The notes: a model not told the origin generated them from the sequence alone. A stretch of 64,000 nt of DNA from Treponemataceae bacterium (GCA_963667725.2 CAXXHO010000005.1:992001-1056000), one strand, 5' to 3'. Shown: positions 37,012 to 47,319, numbered from the stretch's first letter. A program made the numbers and translations.

Positions 37012-39717
37012 CTATCGGTTTTCTTCGAGGGAATATCCTCTCTCGCGAAACAAGCGCAGGCAGCTGTCGACAACATCGCTGTCGTAGAGGACTCCCCTGT
37101 TCTTCTCGATTTCTTTCAGGGCGGCATCGATGCCCAGCGCGGGGCGATAGGGACGATACGAAGCCATTGCTTCCACGACATCGGCAACCGCTAAAATCCG
37201 GGATTCCATGAGCGATTGATCCCCGGTCAACCTGTTCGGATATCCTGACCCATTCATCCGTTCATGATGCTCGAGGACGATGCGCGCGATCGGCCATGGA
37301 AATTCAATATCCTTCAGGATGTCGTAGCCTGCCTGAGCGTGAATCTTAATCAGCTCGAATTCAATCGCCAGCAATTTTTTGGGTTTCGTGAGAATTTCGA
37401 CGGGAACGGAAACCTTTCCGAGATCATGGATTGAGGCAGCCAGACGAAGTCCTTCGATTCGATCCTCGGGAAGGCCCATTTCAAGGGCTATGGACTGGGC
37501 AAGATTCGATACGCGGCTCTGATGGCCCGCCGTATAAGGATCTCTCGCTTCCACGGTCGCGGAAATGGCGTAGACCGTCGCGCCCAAGGCTTCCCGCAAT
37601 CGTTCTGTGCTCAACTGTCGGTCGGTGATATCTTCGCAGAATCCTTCGTAATGAAGAATTTTCCCCTTATTGTCCCGAACGGCATGCTGATCTATCGATA
37701 CCCAGATGACTTTTTTGTCCTTTCTCCGATATTGGCATATATAACCCTTCACCGCTTCGCGCTCGTCGATCTCCTTGAGCAGTTTTTCGCGAGCGTCAGG
37801 GTCAACGTAAATATCCTGTGCCATGTTTTTGATTTTCGATACGAGTTCTTTAGAGGATTTGAAGCCCAGCATGGTCGCCATGGCCTTGTTGGCGGTCAGG
37901 AATTTACCGGCTTTGTTCGACTGGAAGATACCTTCCTGGGCGTTGTCGAAAATATTCCTGTATTTTCCTTCCGTTCTGAACAGAGCCTCCGTCAACCGCT
38001 TTGCCTCCAGGATTTTCCAAACGGAATCCATCAACAACGTCAGTTGCCGTACATCCGAACTGTTGTAATCGGTTGTCTTGTTCGCCACTCCCACCACGGC
38101 CACGATCCGATCGCCAGAGAATACTGGAACCGTCAGGTACTTGTGGATACGCGCATGACCCTCGGGATAGCCTTTTTTCAGAGGATGAGGCGACTGGAAA
38201 TCATTGACGATGAATGGTTTGGCTTGCCTTACCGCTTCGCCCCAAATTCCCGTCCTGTCGAGCTGAGAGATCGTCGGCGAGTCGCCGATGCCGCATTCCC
38301 CTTTTACTCCCTTCGACCAAGTGTTGAGGGTGAACTCTTTGCGTTGATCATTGTAAAGGTAGATATACCCGAGTACGCTGTCCGTCAGCTCGATCGCTTC
38401 CTCAAGGGCGAAGTCGAGGAGCGACTGGATCGATTTTGCCTTATACTGAGCTATTCGCAAAAGACCTTCCAGTCTCGCCTCGTTTCGGAGGATTTCCTCC
38501 TCGTTTCGCTTGCGCTCGGAGATGTCGTGCGATACGCCATGCAATCCAACAATCGTTCCCTTCCCGTCGTGTATAAAAGCGATATTCATGGATACCCAGA
38601 AGGTATTGCCATCGGCGCGAAGACTTTTTACTTCCAGGCGTCGAGATCGAGCTTTGTCGACGTCCGGGTCCTTCTCCTTTTCAAGTTCCTCGGTTAATGC
38701 CTTTCTCAATTGTTCGAGCGAATCCACAGGGAATCTTTCCTCCAGGGACCGGCCCATATAAATTTCCGCGGACTCTCCGTACATCTTTTTTGCCGATGGA
38801 CTTATATAGGTAATTTTAAGGGCCAGATCCGAAGTCCAGACCACATCGGCGATAGTCTCGGTGATGAGCTTATATTTCTGCTCGCTTTCCCGAAGCGATT
38901 GCTCGGCCTTTTTATACTCGGTAATGTCCTGGTTCACCCCATAGGTTTTGAGCGTTCTTCCCTCGGCATCCTTGACGGTGTAGATGCGTACGGCTATGTC
39001 TCCCGCCGTCCCGTCCTTGTAGAGCATTCGATGTTCTATCTGACTGCTAAAATGAGGATCCTTGGTATCGATGGCTTTCCGCGTCTCTTTCGCCACGATG
39101 GCGATATCATCGGGATGCACGAACTTTCGCGCATAATCGGCGGACTTCATGGTGTATCCGCCTTCCTTTTCGGCTGTCGTCTTGAAAAGCTTATAGAATT
39201 GATCGTTGAAGGTGAAAAGATCGCCGGGAACATCATAGACCCAATGACCCAGGTGAGCGATTTCGAGGGCGTTGGAAAGCTGGGCTCTGCTGGCCTTGAG
39301 CTCTTCGAGGACCTTTCTATGCTCTTCCCTGACTACTTTTTCCTGGAGTTCTCTTTCCACGGCGGGAACGAGACGCTGGAGGTGGCCTTTCATGATGTAG
39401 TCATGGGCTCCAGCCTTCAAGGCTCCAATCGCCGTCTCTTCCCCGATCGCTCCCGAGACGATGATGAAGGGAATATCCAGAGCGGTCTCCCTTAAAAGCG
39501 CGAGGGCTTCCATTCCGCTGAACTGGGGAAGCTTATAATCGGAAACCACGCAGTCCCAGGACGATTCCTTTAGCGCCGATCGCATGGCGACCGCCGAATC
39601 TATGCGTTTGAAAACCAGCTCATAACCGCCTTCCGCCAGCGCGTGCTGGATTATAGCGGCGTCGTCCTCAGAATCTTCGATATTTAAAACGCATAGCATT
39701 CTTCCCATCGATGGCAC
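37012..39717 (-). CDS. REC-PAS-PAS-GAF-PAS-HD-GYP cyclic-dinucleotide phosphodiesterase
   Basis: IEDS..SDYKLP..GAHDYIMK receiver; PAS/PAC repeats; GAF (LTVPV..VGVANK); HDLGK, HHERMNGSGYP; start may be ATG 39708. Confidence 0.92.
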   Translation of the reverse strand: MPSMGRMLCVLNIEDSEDDAAIIQHALAEGGYELVFKRIDSAVAMRSALKESSWDCVVSDYKLPQFSGMEALALLRETALDIPFIIVSGAIGEETAIGALKAGAHDYIMKGHLQRLVPAVERELQEKVVREEHRKVLEELKASRAQLSNALEIAHLGHWVYDVPGDLFTFNDQFYKLFKTTAEKEGGYTMKSADYARKFVHPDDIAIVAKETRKAIDTKDPHFSSQIEHRMLYKDGTAGDIAVRIYTVKDAEGRTLKTYGVNQDITEYKKAEQSLRESEQKYKLITETIADVVWTSDLALKITYISPSAKKMYGESAEIYMGRSLEERFPVDSLEQLRKALTEELEKEKDPDVDKARSRRLEVKSLRADGNTFWVSMNIAFIHDGKGTIVGLHGVSHDISERKRNEEEILRNEARLEGLLRIAQYKAKSIQSLLDFALEEAIELTDSVLGYIYLYNDQRKEFTLNTWSKGVKGECGIGDSPTISQLDRTGIWGEAVRQAKPFIVNDFQSPHPLKKGYPEGHARIHKYLTVPVFSGDRIVAVVGVANKTTDYNSSDVRQLTLLMDSVWKILEAKRLTEALFRTEGKYRNIFDNAQEGIFQSNKAGKFLTANKAMATMLGFKSSKELVSKIKNMAQDIYVDPDAREKLLKEIDEREAVKGYICQYRRKDKKVIWVSIDQHAVRDNKGKILHYEGFCEDITDRQLSTERLREALGATVYAISATVEARDPYTAGHQSRVSNLAQSIALEMGLPEDRIEGLRLAASIHDLGKVSVPVEILTKPKKLLAIEFELIKIHAQAGYDILKDIEFPWPIARIVLEHHERMNGSGYPNRLTGDQSLMESRILAVADVVEAMASYRPYRPALGIDAALKEIEKNRGVLYDSDVVDSCLRLFRERGYSLEENR

Positions 39718-39742
39718 CTGCCTTATCTCAATATACTAACTA

Positions 39743-40138
39743 TTGCCGATGGACTGTAATTCTTCCGGGAAAACGCCGCCAGGGCTAAAACTTGCTTGCG
39801 GCTGGTTTGTCGCGGCTTCGCTGCCGGCGCAGACGCCGCTGACCGAATCGCAGGCGTATAGAAAAGCGGAAGAATACCTGCTTCTTCATTTCCAGAATGA
39901 ATTCATGAAGACCGAAGATTTTAAGAGCAGGTTTGGCGAGATCGCATGGGAAGAGATTTCGCAGGACGTGATGGATTCCATGGATTTTGTGCGCGACAGG
40001 AAGGCGGAAAAAGAACTGTACCAGGATAAATCATATGCCTATATCGGGGACATGCTCGAACTGGAAATGCTAATCGACAGGATTGTGCTGGATAAGATTA
40101 CCGGCGAACTCAAGGACATCAAGATACTGTTCTGGTGA
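39743..40138 (+). CDS. Hypothetical acidic protein, probably 5'-truncated
   Basis: Protein-like composition from AASLPAQ onward; no RBS or clear start. Confidence 0.4.
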   Translation: MPMDCNSSGKTPPGLKLACGWFVAASLPAQTPLTESQAYRKAEEYLLLHFQNEFMKTEDFKSRFGEIAWEEISQDVMDSMDFVRDRKAEKELYQDKSYAYIGDMLELEMLIDRIVLDKITGELKDIKILFW

Positions 40139-40296
40139 AAGCATGATCATTGAACGTCCTATGCCACGATACTATCGCCCATGTGCCAAGCCTAAGTATC
40201 TTTGGATGTCTTCTTCGCTTCGACGATAGTCAAGGAATTTCCCGAAGGGCTCTTTTTTTCTTGACAGGAGCCCGAACGGCGGCAAAGATATCGGCC

Positions 40297-41568
40297 ATGG
40301 ATAGCAAAAAACGAAACCTGCGGGAAAAATTGAGGGCGAGAAAGATCGGAAGGCCGCCGCTGGTCCCTTATTTGGCGCTGGGGTACATCTGGAAGCTGCT
40401 GTTCGAGAAGAAGCTCAACGTTCACTACAACTATAAAATCGACCTCAAGGACTACAGGAAAGGTCCCTATATCGTCGTGAGCAACCACGCGTCGCGTCTC
40501 GACTATATTTACACCGGATGCGCTTTCCTGCCGTATAGGCTGAACTATGTCGCGGGCTACAACGAATTCTTCAGGTCGCATCTGGCCTTCATTTTCAGGA
40601 TGCTGCAGATAATTCCCAAGAAGAATTTCACGCCCGACCTCTACACGATCAAGGAAATGCACAGGATTATCGACAGGGGAGGCAAGGTCATCATTTTCCC
40701 CGAAGGGATGAGCTCGATAGGCGGCGGCAACCAGCCCTGCGCCATCGGTTCGGGCAAAATGCTGAAGCATTTCGGCGTGCCTGTCCTCGTGACGAAAATA
40801 TCGGGCGGCTATCTCACGAACACCAAGTATTGCCTGGATGAACGTCATGGAAAGGTCGAGGTCGTCATCGACAAGCTTTTCGGGCCCGAGGATCTCGCGA
40901 AGATGACCGAAGAGCAAATCGAGGATAGGCTGCACGCCGCCATACGAAACGACGATTACGCCTGGAACAAGGCGGCGCACGTTAAGTTCGACGGCAAGGG
41001 TCGGATGGCCCATAACATGCATCACCTTCTATACTGGTGTCCGAAGTGCGGCGCCGAGTTCGCGATGAGGGGCTCCGGCGACGTCATCGAGTGCCGCGCC
41101 TGCGGAAACGGCGCCACGGTGAACGATTATTACGATCTGATTCCGCTGGACGATACCTGCGTGATTCCCGAAACCCCGAAAGTCTGGTTCGATATGGAGC
41201 GGAAAAAGGAATGCGGAGAACTGCTGAAGGAGGGCTACGAGCTTCGGGAAAACGTGAAGCTGGGCGTTCTGCCCGGCGAGGAGCTCCTGAAGGACCAGAA
41301 GACCTCGGAAATCGTCGGCGCGGGCCAGCTGAGGCTCGACAGGCAGGGCCTGCACTACGAGGGCACTAGGGATGGCGGGCCTTTCGAGATACATATGCCG
41401 CCCGCCCTGCTGCCGACCTACGGCATGTGCACCGACGTGACCTTTTTCTCGACGTATTACAGGGATGAGTACTTCGAATTCATACCAGAGCGCGAATCCA
41501 CGGCCAAGTGGCTGCTGGCCACCGAGGAGAACCATCGTCTCTCGGGCGGCAAGTGGCGGGCGTTGTAG
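40297..41568 (+). CDS. PlsC-type acyltransferase with Zn-ribbon (paralog of 11306-12610)
   Basis: SNHASRLD, IFPEG, CPKC..CRAC. Confidence 0.83.
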   Translation: MDSKKRNLREKLRARKIGRPPLVPYLALGYIWKLLFEKKLNVHYNYKIDLKDYRKGPYIVVSNHASRLDYIYTGCAFLPYRLNYVAGYNEFFRSHLAFIFRMLQIIPKKNFTPDLYTIKEMHRIIDRGGKVIIFPEGMSSIGGGNQPCAIGSGKMLKHFGVPVLVTKISGGYLTNTKYCLDERHGKVEVVIDKLFGPEDLAKMTEEQIEDRLHAAIRNDDYAWNKAAHVKFDGKGRMAHNMHHLLYWCPKCGAEFAMRGSGDVIECRACGNGATVNDYYDLIPLDDTCVIPETPKVWFDMERKKECGELLKEGYELRENVKLGVLPGEELLKDQKTSEIVGAGQLRLDRQGLHYEGTRDGGPFEIHMPPALLPTYGMCTDVTFFSTYYRDEYFEFIPERESTAKWLLATEENHRLSGGKWRAL

Positions 41569-41601
41569 GGGGTTTTGTCAGCGAGAATAGCCTTCGTTCA
41601 G

Positions 41602-43020
41602 TTATTTTTGCCGTTTTTCTTCAAGTAGTTCTTCGATGCAACGCACGAATTCGCGCTTGAGATCTTCGTCCAGGGATTCGATCGCCGCCTTCCTGTTGCG
41701 GCCGAAGGCCGAAAGGCGCTCGGTGGCGGGGATCGGTTCGCCGACGATGACGGTCGCGCGCTTTCCCTTGATGCCGATGCGATCGCTAATGTTGCCACCT
41801 TTCAGGCGCGATATGAGGTCGTAATAATTCTGGGCGGTTTCGATGTACCTTTCGAGAGGATCGTCTTCTTTCAGGCGCTCGAAGTCCAGGTAATACGCGA
41901 GGTCGACGAGTTCCATGTGGCGCGAAACATACCAGGCTTCTCCGGCGACGCGGTCGGCCAAGGCTTGTTGGAGGCCGGGAAGGGTTTTGGGATCGGGAAG
42001 ATCCTCGCGGAAGATCCTGTCCCAGCCGGTCTGCCGGATCTTGTAGACGCGCCTTATCGTGTCGCCGTCGGGCGTAAGATGGAAGGCTTTTTCGGCCGCA
42101 GAGAGGGCAGCGCCGCAGAGATCGTCGAGCCGCTCCTTTCTGGAGGGATTGCCCGGGCGGGGAAGGGCAGCGGCGTAAAAGCGGGTGTAATGGCGTTCGG
42201 CGGCTTCGAGAATGGCGTCGGCGGCCGCCGAAAGGCGGCGGAAGCGCGAAGCTGGCGGCGATGTCCCGGCGGCTGTTGCGGCGGGCGGCGCGGCGGTGGC
42301 CGTCGCTGCGGCCGCCGCCACGATGCCGCATTCCTTCTCAATCGTCTCTATGAGGCGGTCAAGCCGCTTTTCGGCATCCTTGTCCCATCGATGATGGATG
42401 GAAACGGGAAGGATCACCACCTTTTCGCCGCGCTTTTCCCTCGTTAGGTCGGCCGCGCACCACGCGCAGATGTGGGAAGTGCCCGACTCGAGGCGGGGGA
42501 GTCCATCGCTCGTGTAGGAAACCTGGCCTTCGGGCGCCAGGGCGAGCGGGTAATCGCCGTCCTTCATCAGGGAGCGGATAAGCTCGACGCTGCCGGCGTC
42601 GAACTTGGTATGGTAGACGGGAACCGCTCCCGAGCGGGGGAGAATCCATCGCTCGAAAGCGCCGGCCCAGAGGGGCACTTCGTAGCCATGGATGAAATGG
42701 GCATGAGGCTGTCGCGCCAGATGGACGCCCCGTTTTTTGGCTTCTTCGCCGACAAGCCTGCCGATGACGTAGGCCATGAGCTGGGCTTCGTCGCCGTAGG
42801 GGTGGCGAAAGGCGATGATGAGACGGGTTTTCCTGTCGAAGAAATCCCTGTAGGCGTCCACGATCCGTTCGGCGTGCTTCAGCTCGACGGAGCGGAAACC
42901 GAGAGCGGCGCGGAGGTAGAGGGGCGAGATGAACCTGAAAAATGAGACGATGGCCGGCCTGACTCGTGACGGGGCGAGATTCCGCCTGGATCGGGCGGCG
43001 GCGATCGGTTTCGGGGTCAC
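41602..43020 (-). CDS. Glycerol-phosphate/lysophospholipid acyltransferase family protein
   Basis: AFRHPYGDE (HX4D-like), LAPEG, ILPVSI; GTG start overlapping the asnA stop (GTGA). Confidence 0.75.
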   Translation of the reverse strand: MTPKPIAAARSRRNLAPSRVRPAIVSFFRFISPLYLRAALGFRSVELKHAERIVDAYRDFFDRKTRLIIAFRHPYGDEAQLMAYVIGRLVGEEAKKRGVHLARQPHAHFIHGYEVPLWAGAFERWILPRSGAVPVYHTKFDAGSVELIRSLMKDGDYPLALAPEGQVSYTSDGLPRLESGTSHICAWCAADLTREKRGEKVVILPVSIHHRWDKDAEKRLDRLIETIEKECGIVAAAAATATAAPPAATAAGTSPPASRFRRLSAAADAILEAAERHYTRFYAAALPRPGNPSRKERLDDLCGAALSAAEKAFHLTPDGDTIRRVYKIRQTGWDRIFREDLPDPKTLPGLQQALADRVAGEAWYVSRHMELVDLAYYLDFERLKEDDPLERYIETAQNYYDLISRLKGGNISDRIGIKGKRATVIVGEPIPATERLSAFGRNRKAAIESLDEDLKREFVRCIEELLEEKRQK

Positions 43021-44051
43021 AGGAGGGGAATGCCGGCGGCAAGGCAATCCTTGCGCATGTCTTCGGGCCAGAGCCCTACCTGTATTTCGCCGATATGGGC
43101 TTTCCTGAGAACGTACATGCAGAGTCTCGACTGGCCGATCCCGCCGCCGATGGACAGGGGCAGGCTGCCTTCGAGAAGGCGGCGGTGGAAGTAGAGGTTC
43201 TTCCTCGATTCCTGGCCGGTCAGGGCGAGCTGCCGTTCGAGGGCGGCGGGATCCACGCGGATGCCCATGGAGGAAATCTCGAATGAGGCTTCAATGATGT
43301 CGTTCCATATGATGATGTCGCCGTTCAGGCCCTTGAAGCCGTCGGCCGTGGGCGTGCTCCAGTCGTCGTAATCGGGGGCGCGTTTGTCGTGCGGCATTCC
43401 GTCAGCCAGATTCCCTCCTATTCCGATGAGGAAGATGGCGCCGTACTTTTTCGCGAGGGCGTCCTCGCGCTGCTTGGGGCTCAGGCTCGGGTAAGTGGCG
43501 AGGGCTTCCTCGGCGTGGATGAAGGTGATCTCGTCGGGAAGGTCTATGGGGAGGGCCGGATAGAGGTCGTGCATGCGGAATTCCAGGCGCTTTATGGCCG
43601 AGTAGATCCGCTTGACGGTAGCCTTGAGGAAGCCCAGCTTGCGTTCGGAGTCGTCGATGACGCGTTCCCAGTCCCACTGGTCGACATAGAGCGAATGGAT
43701 GGGGTCCAGGTCTTCATCGGCGCGGATGGCGTTCATGTCCGTATAGATTCCGAAGCCCTTCTTGAAGCCATATTCGGCGAGGGCGAGACGTTTCCATTTG
43801 GCGAGGGAATGGACGATTTCGGCCCTCGCGTCTCCCATGGCCTTGACGGGGAAGGCGACCGCTCGTTCCGTACCGTTCAGGTCGTCATTTATTCCCATGC
43901 CAGCGAGCACGAAGAGAGGAGCGGTCACCCGGGTGAGTTTTAGTTCGGTGGCGAGGCTGAGCTGGAAAAAATCCTTGATCTCCATGATGGCGCGTTCGGT
44001 TTCCCTGACGCCGAGGAGAGGTTTGTATCCCGCGGGATAGCTGTAGCGCAT
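43017..44051 (-). CDS. asnA: Aspartate--ammonia ligase
   Basis: NDDLNG.E, VHSLAKWKR, HSLYVDQWDWE, RAPDYDDW, SSMGIRV, IGGGIGQSR. Confidence 0.97.
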   Translation of the reverse strand: MRYSYPAGYKPLLGVRETERAIMEIKDFFQLSLATELKLTRVTAPLFVLAGMGINDDLNGTERAVAFPVKAMGDARAEIVHSLAKWKRLALAEYGFKKGFGIYTDMNAIRADEDLDPIHSLYVDQWDWERVIDDSERKLGFLKATVKRIYSAIKRLEFRMHDLYPALPIDLPDEITFIHAEEALATYPSLSPKQREDALAKKYGAIFLIGIGGNLADGMPHDKRAPDYDDWSTPTADGFKGLNGDIIIWNDIIEASFEISSMGIRVDPAALERQLALTGQESRKNLYFHRRLLEGSLPLSIGGGIGQSRLCMYVLRKAHIGEIQVGLWPEDMRKDCLAAGIPLL

Positions 44052-44192
44052 GTATCCTCCTGAAAGGAATATTGTCGGGGGAAAAGGCCGTACATGTCAA
44101 TGAAGGCGTTCGGTGGTATATATAGGAAAGCCATGATACAATGACGCAAATAGCATCTACCTTAATTTTCCCTTCGAGAGGCTGGATACATC

Positions 44193-46106
44193 ATGACCGA
44201 ATCCAAGATCGTGGCGATATTGCCCAATAGCATCATTGTCGAAAAACTGCGCCAGGTGCAGTTGCGGTCGGGCTTCGAGTTCCCTGTCTATCAGAAACAG
44301 GTGGGTGACGCGCTGGAATTAGCCAGGAAGTGCATTGACGAGGGCGCCAAGGTGATCATAAGCAGGGGGCTCACCGCGACCTACCTGCGCAATTATCTGG
44401 ATATTCCCGTCGTCGAGGTGGAATACGATTTCTTCCAGTTCGCCTATGCCCTGCGGAGCGCCCTCGAATTTTCCGATAATGTGGCGATCGTCGGTTTCAT
44501 CGATGCGTACAGGCTGGCCGAGCGCGCCATCGAGTTCGTCGCAAAAAAGGGCGAGCAGGTGCAGGTCAGCATCCTTTCGGATGCCGCCTATGTGGAGCAG
44601 AAGGTCAGGCAGCTGGGCGAGAGCGGAGTCGGGGTTTTCATCGGCGGGAACACGGTTGTTTTGAACGCTTTCAAGCAGGGCTACCAGGGGGTCTATGTCG
44701 AGCCCGACGACAAGGTGCTCGAGGCTGCCGTGGCGAAGGCGGTATACGAGCTTCGCATTTATCTCGACAGGGAAGAAAAGTACGAAATGATCCAGGCTAT
44801 CCTCAACTGCGCCTCGAACGGCATCTTCGCCGTGGACAGCCAGGGCGCCATTTCCGTGGCTAATCCCCTTGCTCGCAAGTATCTGCAGATTCAAGGCGCC
44901 GATGGTTCAGGCAAGTCTATAAAAGAGCTTCTGCCTCAGTCGAAGCTCCTCAGCACGATCGCGACCGGCCAGCCCGCCGCAGACGATTTCATCAGCGTCG
45001 GGAATGTGGAACTGGTGATGAATTCAGCCCCGGTGATCGTGGATGGGGAGATTCTGGGGGCGGTGGCGACGGTCCAGGAAGTGGGGCAGATACAGGACTT
45101 GGATCACAAGATCAGGAAAAAGATGCTCCATAAGGGACACACCGCCCAAAAAACCTTCGCCGACATCATCGGATCGAGCGCAGTGATGAGGGAATGCAAG
45201 AAGGCGGCGCAGAATTTCGCCAGGGTCGACAGCACGATTCTTATTCTCGGGAAAACGGGTACGGGCAAGGAAGTTTTCGCGCAGAGCATACACAACGCGA
45301 GCAGGAGGGCAGCCAATCCTTTCGTGGCGGTGAACTGCGCCGCCCTGCCTTCCAGCCTTCTGGAGAGCGAGCTTTTTGGCTATACCAAGGGCGCCTTTAC
45401 TGGCGCGCGTAACGAGGGGAAGCCGGGCATTTTCGAACTGGCCCATACGGGAACGATTTTCCTGGACGAGATCAGCGAGATTCCGCCGGATGTGCAGGCC
45501 CGCCTTCTCCGCGTCGTTCAGGAAAAGGAGATTACCCGCATTGGCGACGATAAGGTCATTCCCGTGGACCTGCGCATCTTGGCCGCCACCAACCGCGATC
45601 TTCTGAAAGAGGTAAGAGAAAACCGGTTCAGAGAGGACCTGTATTATCGGCTCAGCGTCCTGGAACTTCATCTTCCCGAGTTGTCGGAGCGGCGGGAGGA
45701 TATTCCGGATCTCGTGCGGCATTTCGTGAAGACAATCTGCGCCAACGCTTCGCTGCTGCCAGTCCCCGTAACTGAGGATGCCTTGGCGATGCTCCAGAAC
45801 ATGACTATGAACGGTAACGTAAGGCAGCTCTGCAATATCGTCGAAAAGGCTCTTGTCCTCTCGAATTTCGGAACTTTTGACGGTAAATGTCTGGTCAAGG
45901 CGGTACGCGTCCATGAGGGCGGCGGCGAGGCGGCACGGGCGGCCGCTTTGGCGCCTGCGGGCAGCACTATTGTGGCCATGGAGCGCGACATGATCATCCA
46001 GGCGCTTGAAGACTGTGGCGGGAACAAGGTGGCTGCGGCCCATCGGCTCGGGATAAGCTCGACGACGCTCTGGAGAAGGCTGAAGGAGATGGGACTCTGC
46101 CCTTGA
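44193..46106 (+). CDS. PrpR-like sigma54-dependent activator (PrpR_N-PAS-AAA+-Fis HTH)
   Basis: IISRG, GKTGTGKE, ESELFGY..GAFTGA, FLDEI, FREDLYYRL, LGISSTTLWRRL. Confidence 0.93.
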   Translation: MTESKIVAILPNSIIVEKLRQVQLRSGFEFPVYQKQVGDALELARKCIDEGAKVIISRGLTATYLRNYLDIPVVEVEYDFFQFAYALRSALEFSDNVAIVGFIDAYRLAERAIEFVAKKGEQVQVSILSDAAYVEQKVRQLGESGVGVFIGGNTVVLNAFKQGYQGVYVEPDDKVLEAAVAKAVYELRIYLDREEKYEMIQAILNCASNGIFAVDSQGAISVANPLARKYLQIQGADGSGKSIKELLPQSKLLSTIATGQPAADDFISVGNVELVMNSAPVIVDGEILGAVATVQEVGQIQDLDHKIRKKMLHKGHTAQKTFADIIGSSAVMRECKKAAQNFARVDSTILILGKTGTGKEVFAQSIHNASRRAANPFVAVNCAALPSSLLESELFGYTKGAFTGARNEGKPGIFELAHTGTIFLDEISEIPPDVQARLLRVVQEKEITRIGDDKVIPVDLRILAATNRDLLKEVRENRFREDLYYRLSVLELHLPELSERREDIPDLVRHFVKTICANASLLPVPVTEDALAMLQNMTMNGNVRQLCNIVEKALVLSNFGTFDGKCLVKAVRVHEGGGEAARAAALAPAGSTIVAMERDMIIQALEDCGGNKVAAAHRLGISSTTLWRRLKEMGLCP

Positions 46107-46115
46107 TGAGGGATT

Positions 46116-46161
46116 TTTCAATTTGAAATGTTCAATATGAAATATATATTTCATATTGAAA
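46116..46161. promoter_or_regulatory. Probable upstream activator sequence (three TTCA-N3-TGAAA boxes)
   Basis: Perfect 30-bp palindrome TTCAATATGAAATATATATTTCATATTGAA (46131-46160) plus TTTCAATTTGAAA (46116-46128). Confidence 0.75.
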
Positions 46162-46270
46162 TACGATGACTAATTAGTTTTAAAATTATCGATAGCTCGT
46201 TATGCCGTTAAATATATTAGTGATATATAATTACCGGCTGAATAGTTTGACATTAAATATTACCAGTCTT

Positions 46271-46286
46271 TGGCACGTATCCTGCT
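46271..46286 (+). promoter_or_regulatory. sigma54 (-24/-12) promoter
   Basis: TGGCACGTATCCTGCT = GG-N10-GC, ~34 nt before ATG 46320 and downstream of the activator gene. Confidence 0.85.
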
Positions 46287-46319
46287 AATACTATCATATA
46301 TGATACTCAAGGATTTTTT

Positions 46320-47303
46320 ATGCCGAAAACCCTAACCCTCGCGGGGCCATACCCCGAAGAAGTGTTCGGACTTCTGAGAAAGGAACTCCCTGAATCGCTG
46401 AACATCAGGGTAGTAAAAGACCAGACCTCTCTCGACAGTCTCAATGATATGGAGTTCGTGATCTTGAGGACGCTCAGGATGGATGGCGCCCTGATCGAGG
46501 CCAATCCCTCGCTCAGGCTGATTCAACGCTGGGGCGCCGGCTTCGACACAGTGGACGTGGAGACGGCAGGCAGGCAAAACGTGCCCGTGGCGGTGGCCTC
46601 CGGCGTGAATTCCAACGCCGTCGCCGAACATGCTCTTCTCCTCATGCTGGCTTCCTATCGCCATCTGACGGCGTTGGACGCTTCCACGAAGAAGGGCGGC
46701 TGGGACAGGACAACCTTTGCCTCCCAGTCTTTCATGGTGAGCGACAAGCTGGTCGGTCTTCTTGGCTGTGGGGCGATCGGCAGGCTGTTAGCCCAGAAGG
46801 CAGTCGCTCTCGGCGCCCATGTCCAGTACTACGACGCTTTCCGTCTGCCCGTCGAGGAGGAAAAACGCCTCCATCTCAGCTATGTCGATTTCGGTACCCT
46901 CCTGGAAACGAGCGATATCCTGAGCCTCCATCTCCCGCTTGTAGAGAACACGAAACTCATCATCGGGGAGAAGGAACTGGGCAGGATGAAGAAGGGCGCG
47001 GTACTGATCAATACCTCGCGCGGCGGTCTCATCGACGAGGCCAGGCTTGCGGCAGCCCTGAGGGCTGGAAGGCTCATGGCGGCAGCCCTGGACAGCTTCT
47101 CGGAGGAGCCTTATCCCGCTGACGGCCCGCTCCTCGGCGTCGATAACCTGATCATGACGCCTCACATCGGAGGAACGGTCGTGGATCTCACTCTCCCGAT
47201 GGTAAGAAAGGTGGCCGATAACGTCATGCGCGTCTACGAGGGGCAGCCATTGCCCAAGCGGGACCTGGTCAACGCCGCTTGGTGCGGCTACCCCATCTCC
47301 TGA
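46320..47303 (+). CDS. D-isomer-specific 2-hydroxyacid dehydrogenase
   Basis: GAGFDTVD, AVAEH, GCGAIG, LHLPL, INTSRG, D.F.EEP, TPHIGG. Confidence 0.92.
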   Translation: MPKTLTLAGPYPEEVFGLLRKELPESLNIRVVKDQTSLDSLNDMEFVILRTLRMDGALIEANPSLRLIQRWGAGFDTVDVETAGRQNVPVAVASGVNSNAVAEHALLLMLASYRHLTALDASTKKGGWDRTTFASQSFMVSDKLVGLLGCGAIGRLLAQKAVALGAHVQYYDAFRLPVEEEKRLHLSYVDFGTLLETSDILSLHLPLVENTKLIIGEKELGRMKKGAVLINTSRGGLIDEARLAAALRAGRLMAAALDSFSEEPYPADGPLLGVDNLIMTPHIGGTVVDLTLPMVRKVADNVMRVYEGQPLPKRDLVNAAWCGYPIS

Positions 47304-47319
47304 AGCGAGGAAGCATAGT

